Source: an uncultured Thermoplasmatales archaeon
GTDB lineage: Archaea > Thermoplasmatota > SW-10-69-26
Direction of reading: 5' to 3'
Assembly (NCBI GenBank): GCA_964464425.1
Contig: CAYXGD010000001.1
Coordinates: 1 to 40,820, forward strand
Length of the DNA: 40,820 nucleotides
Both the position numbers and the translations under genes were made by a program. Under the pieces are notes generated by a model, which was not told the origin of the DNA, ran no database searches, and saw only the letters and a list, made by a program, of their open reading frames with translations. Below, piece after piece: positions 16,700-24,160 of the stretch (positions are counted from its first letter, which is position 1; each line of letters opens with the position of its first letter).

Positions 16700-16717
16700 G
16701 AGACCTAGCCACCGGCT

Positions 16718-16733
16718 GGAGCTATAGCGTTCC
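16718..16733 (-). promoter_or_regulatory. TATA-like box (minus-strand GGAACGCTATAGCTCC) upstream of the LTD gene
   Basis: Centred about 26 nt upstream of the ATG at 16699. It lies between the hairpin array and the gene. Confidence 0.5.
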
Positions 16734-16744
16734 TCGACGAACGG

Positions 16745-17145
16745 CGACCGGTCTGGCCGTTGGGATGGGAGCGTGGGCGCGAAGGTCGCCGCTTCGCTGT
16801 GGTCCCGGCAACCGGCGTGGTTGGAGGTCGACCTGGGGCGGTTGGTGTGGTCGACCTCCAGATTCGCCCGAACCGGGGGGTCTCTGCAGGTTCGGGCGCT
16901 CTGAACCTCGCCCCTATCCGGTGGTCCAGGCAGGTGGTGTGGTCGACCTCCAGATCCACCCGGATCGGAGATCCGGGTTCTCTGAACCTCGCCGTTATGC
17001 TGTGGTCCCGGCGAGCGGTGTGGTTGGAGACCGGTTCTGGGTGGTTGGTGGACCGGTCTCCAGATCTGCCCGAACCGTCCGGTCGGTGTCGGTTCGGGCG
17101 CTCTGAACCTCGCCCCTATCCGGTGGTCTCGGCGAGGTTCAGATC
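16745..17145. repeat. Hairpin-repeat array 1: about 8 consecutive GC-rich stem-loops (REP/BIME- or MITE-like family)
   Basis: Perfect stems were read from the sequence. They are 16822-16833/16849-16860 (12 bp), 16865-16874/16889-16898 (10 bp) and 16958-16966/16970-16978 (9 bp, loop GGA). Further stems are 17025-17035/17052-17062 (11 bp), 17068-17076/17091-17099 (9 bp) and 17102-17114/17131-17143 (13 bp). Junction words CAGATC and CTCTGA recur. Loops share GGTTGGTGTGG-like and CTATCCGG words. Exact or near-exact blocks are shared with 38005-38520. Confidence 0.85.
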
Positions 17146-17684
17146 ACTTCGCCTTCGAGGAGCTTCTCGATCTTGTACGGGAGAAGGTTCCGGTTGATCG
17201 GGGTGACCTCGAGGATCCTGATGTCGTCCCGGCGCCGGATGTCCTGGAGCAACGGGTTCCTGGACTTCTTGTGGAGGGTCATGATCATGGACTTGTCGGA
17301 GTCCAGCGCGGCCTTGACCGCGTCGCAGAAGGCTGGGCTTTCCATCTCCATCTTGCCCACCTCGTCGACGACGATGACCTCGGCCTCCTCGATGGCGCGC
17401 AGGATGGCGCTCACACCGATGTCCTCGAGCACATCGAGGTCGACCCCGTACTTGCCGACGCGGACCTCGCTGTCGAGGTCGACGTGGGCCAGCGTGTCGG
17501 TCTCCTTGGTCAGCCAGTCCTGGATATGGAACCCCTTGCGTTGGCCGGCTTCCTCGATGGCTTCGGTCACCATCCCGCCGACGATGGTCTCCTTGCCTTC
17601 CAGTTTCTCGATGATCTTGAGGATGGTCTGGGTCTTGCCCACAGAGGGCATGCCGGTGATGCCGATCTTGGCTGCGTGGGCCAT
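17139..17684 (-). CDS. Nucleoside-triphosphatase THEP1 family (P-loop NTPase)
   Basis: The Walker A motif is GITGMPSVGKTQ, the Walker B-like motif is VIVVDEVGKME, and the length (181 aa) is typical of archaeal THEP1. Its last two codons and the TGA stop lie inside the 3' arm of hairpin 17131-17143. Confidence 0.85.
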   Translation of the reverse strand: MAHAAKIGITGMPSVGKTQTILKIIEKLEGKETIVGGMVTEAIEEAGQRKGFHIQDWLTKETDTLAHVDLDSEVRVGKYGVDLDVLEDIGVSAILRAIEEAEVIVVDEVGKMEMESPAFCDAVKAALDSDKSMIMTLHKKSRNPLLQDIRRRDDIRILEVTPINRNLLPYKIEKLLEGEVI

Positions 17685-17819
17685 CTCAACGAGCTCCGAG
17701 AGCCTCCGAGGAGGCGCTTCTCTTCATAAATGGGAAGCGGGGACCTACACAAAAAGGGTGTGATTCGCACCGGGGTGCTGCGACCCCAGGGTCCTTGGCT
17801 GAACCCGAGCCGACCGCGG

Positions 17820-18566
17820 CTAGGTCTCCTCTGTGAGGCCCATGCGGGCCACCAGCGGACCGATCGCGATCATCGTCAGGGCGACCGCCGCTGCGGCTGT
17901 GAGGATCCAGGTCGCCTGGGGTCCGAAGAAGATCAGCCCGGAGATGACCAACAGGCTGGCGACGATGATGCCCAAGGCGACCTTGGTCAGCGCACCACGC
18001 GTCTTGGGGTAGGGCAGGTGGCTGACGTTGAGCCCAGCCAGCACGATCCCGGCCAGCAGGGCCAGGCCCGTCGGGATATCGAGGACCAGGAGGACGACGA
18101 GCGTCGCGCCGCTCCAGGGTGCGGGGAGACCCACGAACGTGTTGGGCGGGGCCTGGCCCTTGGTGTCCCCGTCGCGATGGCGGGCCAGCCTGAGCATCCC
18201 GGCCACGATGAACCCGAGGGCCACCACGGCCTCGATAGCCGCTGTGACGGTGCCCTGGGGGACATGGATCACGTTGACGAGGAAGACAGCCGGGGCCACG
18301 CAGAACGTCAGGAAGTCGCTCATGGTGTCCAGCGCGTTGCCCAGGCCGGTGGAGCCCCAGGCCCGGGCGACGATCCCATCGAGCCCGTCGGTGACCATCC
18401 CCAGCCCGATGTACGCGGCGGCCACGGCCGTGTCATCGAACGGGCTCAGCGGCCCACCAAGCTCGACCGACCAGGTCAGGATCGACAGGAACCCGAAGAT
18501 CCCGTTCGAGAGGGTCAGGGCATCAGCGACCCAGATCTTCGGCGAGGAACGGCCCGTGCTCATCAT
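17820..18566 (-). CDS. pssA: CDP-alcohol phosphatidyltransferase (archaetidylserine synthase-like, PssA homologue)
   Basis: The signature D-G-x2-A-R-x8-G-x3-D-x3-D is present (TDGLDGIVARAWGSTGLGNALDTMSD) and the protein is multi-TM. Its ATG overlaps the stop of the upstream psd-like gene (ATGA). Confidence 0.8.
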   Translation of the reverse strand: MMSTGRSSPKIWVADALTLSNGIFGFLSILTWSVELGGPLSPFDDTAVAAAYIGLGMVTDGLDGIVARAWGSTGLGNALDTMSDFLTFCVAPAVFLVNVIHVPQGTVTAAIEAVVALGFIVAGMLRLARHRDGDTKGQAPPNTFVGLPAPWSGATLVVLLVLDIPTGLALLAGIVLAGLNVSHLPYPKTRGALTKVALGIIVASLLVISGLIFFGPQATWILTAAAAVALTMIAIGPLVARMGLTEET

Positions 18567-19165
18567 GCATCTCCGGCGTCGGCGATCGTCGTCGTGCCAG
18601 CCAGGACCCGCTGACCAGGGTCGACCCGGACGGTGGCTTCCGGCGGCAGGTCTACGTCCACGCGGGACCCGAACTTGATGATACCGATGCGCTCGCCCTT
18701 GGCCACGGTCTGGCCTGGCTCCACCCAGGCGACCGCCCGCCGGGCCACCAGGCCAGCGATCAGGTGGACGTCGAGCTCCCCCCAGGCGGTCCCGAGGGTC
18801 ACCGTCACACCAGCGTTCCGCTTGGCGGTCCCCAGGAAGGCCGGCAGGTGGCCGCCGGAGAACCGTTCGACGGCCTGGACGGTCCCGGCGTAGGGCGCGC
18901 GGATCACGTGCACGTTGTGGACGTTGAGGAAGACGCCCAGGTTCCCCTCCTCGATCACATGGACCCGGCCGTCGGCGGCCGAGACGATGCCGTCGCCGAT
19001 CTCACGGTCGGGGTCACGGAAGAAGAGCGCCAGGCCCAGGGCCAGGACCAGCAGGCCGGTGCCGACCACCAGGCCCCATCGGGTCCACCGCGTGGCGAGG
19101 AACGCAATCCCGGACAGGACGATCGGGGTGAAGGCCCAGGGGGCCGCGCCGGGGGCCAGGCGCAT
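18563..19165 (-). CDS. psd: Phosphatidylserine (archaetidylserine) decarboxylase-family proenzyme, PssD homologue
   Basis: Starts at the ATG at 19165 (MRLAPGAAPW…). Two N-terminal TM helices are followed by the small-type PSD core, with the self-cleavage-type motif KFGSRVD near the C-terminus. It begins 10 nt downstream of artA. Confidence 0.75.
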   Translation of the reverse strand: MRLAPGAAPWAFTPIVLSGIAFLATRWTRWGLVVGTGLLVLALGLALFFRDPDREIGDGIVSAADGRVHVIEEGNLGVFLNVHNVHVIRAPYAGTVQAVERFSGGHLPAFLGTAKRNAGVTVTLGTAWGELDVHLIAGLVARRAVAWVEPGQTVAKGERIGIIKFGSRVDVDLPPEATVRVDPGQRVLAGTTTIADAGDA

Positions 19166-19175
19166 CGTGCCACGC

Positions 19176-20141
19176 TCAGGAGGAGCCCGCTTCGACAGAC
19201 GAGGGGCTGCCACCGCTGGGCGGCTGGGCCTTCTCACGCCTGGGCAGGTCGAGCACGTCCAGGATGTTCTCGTGTAGCTCGGGAAGGGTCCGGAAGACGG
19301 CCAGCGCGATGATGACCAAAGCGATGATCGCCCCGGTCTTGGCCACGTAGGAGTGCATGAACGCGAAGCTGTCCATGCCGAACATGGTGTAGCCCTTGAC
19401 CCGGTAGCCGAAGACGATGCCGGCGTTGCGGAAGAGGTTGAGGATGTAGATCGTCGGGACGCTGATCAGGTAAGCCTTGGCCTTGCGGGCGGTGGAGGCC
19501 TTGGTGAACGCGATGGCGCCCACGAAGATCATGATCGACTGCAGGGCCGTGCAGGCGAAGATGATGGTCACCGCGTAGTACGGGAACCCGGCCGCCTGGC
19601 TCCCTTGCACGTTGGCGTCGCACCAGCTGGGCGTCGACTCGATCCCGTAGCTGTTGGCCAGGCAGATGTGCGTGGCGTGGTAGCCATCGCTGTTGACCCT
19701 GACGTCCTGGACGGCCACGCTGTTGGTCCCGAAGAGGACGTTGGACAACCAGGAGCTCTCGACCCCGGTCCAGTAGATGATCTGCTCCTGGATCGGGGTG
19801 ATCTCGAAGAGGACGAAGTAGCTGGTCGCGGCCACGAAGGTGGCGCCTGTCAGCCACCGGAGCGCCACGGGGTCCTCCCGCCATCTCCAGTTCAGGTACT
19901 CGTGGTAGGCCACGTAACCGGTCAACAGGGGTGCGGCGAGGCTGAACCAGGCGTTGAACGGGTCGTCGATGGCGAAGTAATGGGGGGCCTTGAACGGCCA
20001 GTACAGCCCGAAGAGCATCCACCCGGCGATGCGGACCCAGTGGGTCCGCCGGTCCCGCCAGTAGGCTCCCCAGCCTAGAAGGCCCATGCCGGCGAAGGCC
20101 AGGAGGAGCAGGGCTGTATCGGGGACGCCCAGGGCTGCCAT
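19176..20141 (-). CDS. artA: Archaeosortase (exosortase/archaeosortase family, ArtA-like)
   Basis: A polytopic membrane protein with the family catalytic Cys, Arg and His contexts: IIFACTALQS, ILNLFRNAGIV and AFMHSYVAK. It has a short hydrophilic C-terminal tail. Confidence 0.75.
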   Translation of the reverse strand: MAALGVPDTALLLLAFAGMGLLGWGAYWRDRRTHWVRIAGWMLFGLYWPFKAPHYFAIDDPFNAWFSLAAPLLTGYVAYHEYLNWRWREDPVALRWLTGATFVAATSYFVLFEITPIQEQIIYWTGVESSWLSNVLFGTNSVAVQDVRVNSDGYHATHICLANSYGIESTPSWCDANVQGSQAAGFPYYAVTIIFACTALQSIMIFVGAIAFTKASTARKAKAYLISVPTIYILNLFRNAGIVFGYRVKGYTMFGMDSFAFMHSYVAKTGAIIALVIIALAVFRTLPELHENILDVLDLPRREKAQPPSGGSPSSVEAGSS

Positions 20142-20162
20142 CTAGCTGAGGGATGCCTACGT

Positions 20163-20176
20163 CCCCTACTTGAAGG
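20163..20176 (-). promoter_or_regulatory. TATA-like box (minus-strand CCTTCAAGTAGGGG) upstream of artA
   Basis: Centred about 29 nt upstream of the ATG at 20141. It would drive the artA-psd-pssA operon. Confidence 0.45.
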
Positions 20177-20218
20177 TTGTCGAAGAGTCTTCCATCGGTC
20201 CCGGGCACCGTCCAAGCC

Positions 20219-21559
20219 TCAGGCCTCCCGCCCAGCGATCCTGGCAGCGATCGCGATGGGGTCCCAGGTCGGGCTGAACGGTGGGGCGTAGGAGAGGTCC
20301 ATGGCCTCGATATCCGCGGTCGAGGCCTGCATCCAGATGGCCGCAGCGGCCGTGTCGATGCGTTGACCGGCACCAGGCCCTCCGACGATCTGACAGCCCA
20401 GCACGCGCCCGGTGCCGCGTTCGGCGACCATGCGGACCTGGATCCGAGCGCTACCGGGGAAGTAGTCGGCCCGCGTCTGGCTGGTGATGGTCTCGGCCAC
20501 TGCGTCGAACCCGGCCTCCCGGGCTGCCGGCAGGGTCGAACCGGTCGCGGCGACCTCCAGGTCCTCGAACCGGGTGATGGCCGTGCCAAGGACGCCGGGG
20601 AACCGGGCATCGTTGCCGGTCACGGTCTCCCCGGCGATGCGACCGGCACGGTTGGCGTGGAGGGCAAGGGGCAGGAAGGTCGGGGTCCCCGTGAGCCGGT
20701 GGGGGAAGGCCACGCAGTCCCCGGCAGCCAGGATCCCGTCGACGGTCGTCCGCATCCGGTCATCGACCTGGATCGCTCCGCCGGCCGTGAGCGCGCAGCC
20801 GGCACGCTCTGCCAGGTCTGTCCGTGGCGTGGCGCCGATGGCCATGACCACGAGGTCCGCATCGAGGACCTCGTCCCCGACGTCGACCCCCGTGACCCGG
20901 TCCTCGCCCTCGAGCCCGTCGGCCCGACGCTCGAGGACCAGCTCGACACCGGCCTGCCGGACCCGCTGGTTGATCCGTTCCCCGAGCTCGGGCTCGACGA
21001 CGCCAGACATCAACGTCTTGTGGCTGTGGACCAGCGTGGTCTCGAGGCCCCGATGCACGAACGCTTCGGCCATCTCCAACCCGACGAACCCGCCCCCGAT
21101 CACGCACGCGTGGTCGATCCCGTCGGTCGCCAGGTCGTCGACCAAGGCGACACCGTCGTCCAGGTGCCGCAACGCGTGGACCCCTGGGAGGTCGCAGCCA
21201 GGCCAAGGGGTCCGTGGTTCCACCCCGGGAGCCAGCACGAGGTGATCGTAGGCCAGGCTGTTCGGGCCGTCGGGACCGGCGGTCGTCACGGTCCTGGCCC
21301 CGGGGTCGACATCGACCGCCTCGGTCTCCATGCGGACATCCAGGCCCCGCTCCCGGGCGTCCTCCGGGGACAAGACGACCAACCGGTCCTTACCCCCTTC
21401 CACGATGCCACCAGCCCAGTACGGCATCCCGCACGCCGAGAACGAGATATGTCGGCCTTGCTCCAGGACGACGACATCGAGGTCGGGGGCCCGGCGCTTG
21501 GCGACGCTGGCAGCCGACATACCTGCGGCACCGCCGCCGACGACGACCAGACGAGCCAT
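20219..21559 (-). CDS. FAD-dependent pyridine nucleotide-disulfide oxidoreductase (CoA-disulfide reductase / NADH oxidase family)
   Basis: Contains the FAD-binding motif VVVGGGAAG, the redox-Cys motif SFSACGMPY, the NAD(P)-binding motif VIGGGFVGLEMAE, and a C-terminal dimerisation region. Confidence 0.85.
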   Translation of the reverse strand: MARLVVVGGGAAGMSAASVAKRRAPDLDVVVLEQGRHISFSACGMPYWAGGIVEGGKDRLVVLSPEDARERGLDVRMETEAVDVDPGARTVTTAGPDGPNSLAYDHLVLAPGVEPRTPWPGCDLPGVHALRHLDDGVALVDDLATDGIDHACVIGGGFVGLEMAEAFVHRGLETTLVHSHKTLMSGVVEPELGERINQRVRQAGVELVLERRADGLEGEDRVTGVDVGDEVLDADLVVMAIGATPRTDLAERAGCALTAGGAIQVDDRMRTTVDGILAAGDCVAFPHRLTGTPTFLPLALHANRAGRIAGETVTGNDARFPGVLGTAITRFEDLEVAATGSTLPAAREAGFDAVAETITSQTRADYFPGSARIQVRMVAERGTGRVLGCQIVGGPGAGQRIDTAAAAIWMQASTADIEAMDLSYAPPFSPTWDPIAIAARIAGREA

Positions 21560-21613
21560 ACGCCAACAACCAAGCCGGGCGTCTTAGCCGCGATGGTCCA
21601 AGCTGGAAGGCAA

Positions 21614-21626
21614 GGGTTTCAAACCC
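21614..21626 (+). promoter_or_regulatory. Palindromic TATA-like box GGGTTTCAAACCC upstream of the PAC2 gene
   Basis: Centred about 26 nt upstream of the ATG at 21646, in the divergent spacer shared with the oxidoreductase gene. Confidence 0.45.
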
Positions 21627-21645
21627 GGTGCACCCATCCGGAGCC

Positions 21646-22377
21646 ATGCCCGTGGTCTCGCACCGCGAGTGGGAGTACGAGGATCCCCTGGTGGTCGTCG
21701 GGTTCCCGAGCCAAGGCCTGGTCGGGGCGATCGTCGCCAGCTACGCGGTCCCCCGGCTGGACATGAAGCTCGTGGCCAGCATGGATTCGCCCCGGTTCCC
21801 ACCGGTCGCCAGCGTCCGGGATGGCTCGGCCATGTCCCCGGTCCAGTTCTTCGCCTCGGCCCAGCAGTGCGGCCTCGACGGCGAGTGCTCCCAGCTCGTC
21901 GTCGTCCGCTCGGACGCCCAGCCCACGGCCGAGACCAGCGACGAGATCGCCCAGGAGATCCTGACCTGGGCCGAGGCCGTCGGCGCTGAGCGGGTGATCT
22001 GCCTCGAAGGGGCCCCCCTCGAGGATGGCTCGGATGAGGTGTTCGCGGTCCCCAACCTGTGCTGCACGATCGACTTCGAGCGCTTGGGCGCCAAGCCGTT
22101 CCCCGACGGTGCGATCAGCGGGCTATCGGCCTCCGTGCTCGTCGAGGGCAACACCCGGGACATGGGCGTGGTCACGCTCTTCACGTCCGTGGACGAGGAG
22201 CTACCTGATGCCGCGGCCGCCGCCCGGCTGGTCGCGGTGGTCGACAAGCTCGTCCCCGGCATCGTGATGGACCCGGAGCCCTTGGAGGAACAAGCCAAGG
22301 CTTTGGAGGACCAGCTCAAGCGGTCCCTGAGCGAGCAAGAGAAGGCGACCGATGCCTCCAAGATGATGTACGGCTAG
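21646..22377 (+). CDS. PAC2-family proteasome assembly chaperone-like protein
   Basis: Starts at the ATG at 21646: MPVVSHREWEYEDPLVVVGFPSQGLVGAIVASYAV…, with a C-terminal acidic coiled tail typical of archaeal PAC2/DUF75 proteins. The 144-codon upstream part of the track ORF is a shadow of the opposite-strand gene. Confidence 0.7.
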   Translation: MPVVSHREWEYEDPLVVVGFPSQGLVGAIVASYAVPRLDMKLVASMDSPRFPPVASVRDGSAMSPVQFFASAQQCGLDGECSQLVVVRSDAQPTAETSDEIAQEILTWAEAVGAERVICLEGAPLEDGSDEVFAVPNLCCTIDFERLGAKPFPDGAISGLSASVLVEGNTRDMGVVTLFTSVDEELPDAAAAARLVAVVDKLVPGIVMDPEPLEEQAKALEDQLKRSLSEQEKATDASKMMYG

Positions 22378-22389
22378 GGAGGACCACGG

Positions 22390-23190
22390 ATGGACGTTCT
22401 CATCGTCGAAGACGACCCGGTCCAGGCCGAGATCGTGGACCAAGTGCTCTCCGAGGCCGGCTGGACCGCCCGGATCGCCGGCACGGTCGCTCAAGCCAAG
22501 GAGCTGTTCCACGAGGTCGAGCCGACGGTCGCCCTCCTGGACTACCGGCTGCCAGACGACGACGGGCTGGTTCTCCTGGACTGGATCCGCCAGCAGGACG
22601 CCTCGGTCCCGGTCGTGTTCCTGACAGGTGAAGGCTCCGAGGAGATCGCGCTCCAAGCACTGGGTCGTGGCGCCATCGACTACATCGTCAAGAGCCCCTC
22701 GGCCTACAAGGACCTCCCCCATCGCCTCAAGGTGGCGGTGGCTCGCTGGGAGGAGGTCGAGGAGGCGCTGGTCAACCAGCTCCAGCCCGGCGAGCAGGCC
22801 CGGCCAGCCGGCGCCGAGGCACGCGACCAGCTCAACGACCGGTTCGCTGGGTTCACGGAGAACCCGGCCATCGAGGGCGTCCTCATCTCCGACCTCCAGG
22901 GCCGCACGGTCTTCTCCGACCTCCCGGACCAGACCGATCTCGACCGGCTCAAGGCCCGCGTGGCCGCTCTGGCCCACCAGGGCCGCAAGACCGGCGAGGC
23001 GGCCGAAGCAGGCCCCTACCGCCACACCATGGTCATCCAGGGAACCGACCGGGTGATCATCACCGCCCCGGGCCCCAACGCGACCCTGGTCACCGTCCTC
23101 CTGCGACCCGGGACCGGGCTCTGGTCGGCCGTCCAGTACCTAGCCCGCGCCTCCAACTTGGTCCGCGAGGCCTTCGAAGCCGAGAACTAG
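22390..23190 (+). CDS. Response regulator: receiver domain plus an uncharacterised C-terminal domain (possibly Roadblock/LC7-like)
   Basis: The REC motifs are MDVLIVEDDP, ALLDYRLPDDDG and IVKS. The C-terminal roughly 110 aa (…AIEGVLISDLQGRTVFSD…HTMVIQGTDRVIITAP…LVTVLL) has no DNA-binding signature. A GGAGG sits about 6 nt upstream of the ATG. Confidence 0.75.
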   Translation: MDVLIVEDDPVQAEIVDQVLSEAGWTARIAGTVAQAKELFHEVEPTVALLDYRLPDDDGLVLLDWIRQQDASVPVVFLTGEGSEEIALQALGRGAIDYIVKSPSAYKDLPHRLKVAVARWEEVEEALVNQLQPGEQARPAGAEARDQLNDRFAGFTENPAIEGVLISDLQGRTVFSDLPDQTDLDRLKARVAALAHQGRKTGEAAEAGPYRHTMVIQGTDRVIITAPGPNATLVTVLLRPGTGLWSAVQYLARASNLVREAFEAEN

Positions 23191-23280
23191 GCCCATGCCC
23201 CTGCATGGCCTGTCGCAGGCTCGACGCAGGTCCCCGGCCCGAAACCTCAAAGCCAGGGCCGGCCTCACCGTTGACCAGCG

Positions 23281-24159
23281 ATGACGCGCCAGACCCCGCG
23301 GACCCTGACCCTGGGCCTCACCCAGGCCAAGGACCTGGGCGACGCCGAGAAGAACCTCGAGCACCATCTGGCCCTGATCGATCAGGCCACTGACCAGGGC
23401 GCCCAGGTCGTCTGCCTCCAGGAGCTGTTCGGCTCCCACTACTTCCCCCAGCACGAGGATCCCAGCTACTTCGACCTGGCCGAACCGATCCCGGGTCCCA
23501 CCACCCAGGCTGTGGGTCGACGGGCCGCCGAGCACGGCATCGTCGTCGTCGCGCCCATCTTCGAGCGGCGAGCTGCCGGCATCTACCACAACAGCGCAGC
23601 CGTCCTCGACGCCGACGGCAGCCTGCTGGGCACCTACAGGAAGATGCACATCCCCCACGATCCCAACTTCTTCGAGAAGTACTACTTCACGCCGGGGGAG
23701 GAGGGTTTCAAGGTCTTCGACACGGCCCACGGTCGCCTGGGGGTCCTGATCTGCTGGGATCAGTGGTACCCCGAGGCCGCCCGGATCACCGCCCTGAAGG
23801 GCGCCGACGTTCTGTTGTACCCGACGTGCATCGGGCACGCCGAGGCCGACGCCGACGTCGCCGACGAGCAGCGAGCCTCCTGGCAGCTGGCCCAGCAGGC
23901 CCACGCGCTTGCCAACGGGATCCACGTGGCCGCTGCCAACCGTGTCGGTGTCGAGGGAGGGCTGACCTTCTGGGGAGGCTCGTTCGTGGCCGACCCCTTC
24001 GGCCGGATCGTTGATCAAGCCCCGGTCGGCGAGGAAGCCGTCCTCATCAGCGAGATCGACCTGGATCGAAGCGAGGAGGTCCGCCGGGCCTGGCCGTTCC
24101 TCCGGGACCGCCGGATTGACGCCTACGACGAGATCACCCGACGTTACATCGAGGGCTGA
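23281..24159 (+). CDS. aguB: N-carbamoylputrescine amidase (carbon-nitrogen hydrolase family)
   Basis: The CN-hydrolase E-K-C contexts are CLQELF, YRKMHIP and LICWDQWYPE. It is directly followed by agmatine deiminase. Confidence 0.85.
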   Translation: MTRQTPRTLTLGLTQAKDLGDAEKNLEHHLALIDQATDQGAQVVCLQELFGSHYFPQHEDPSYFDLAEPIPGPTTQAVGRRAAEHGIVVVAPIFERRAAGIYHNSAAVLDADGSLLGTYRKMHIPHDPNFFEKYYFTPGEEGFKVFDTAHGRLGVLICWDQWYPEAARITALKGADVLLYPTCIGHAEADADVADEQRASWQLAQQAHALANGIHVAAANRVGVEGGLTFWGGSFVADPFGRIVDQAPVGEEAVLISEIDLDRSEEVRRAWPFLRDRRIDAYDEITRRYIEG

Positions 24160-24160
24160 G

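Noticed and set aside
16745-17145. CRISPR array interpretation of the hairpin-repeat regions (also 38005-38520).
   Set aside because: There is no constant-length repeat alternating with unique spacers. Unit spacing is irregular, the sequences between the stems are themselves conserved between loci, several different palindromes alternate, and no cas genes are present in the window.
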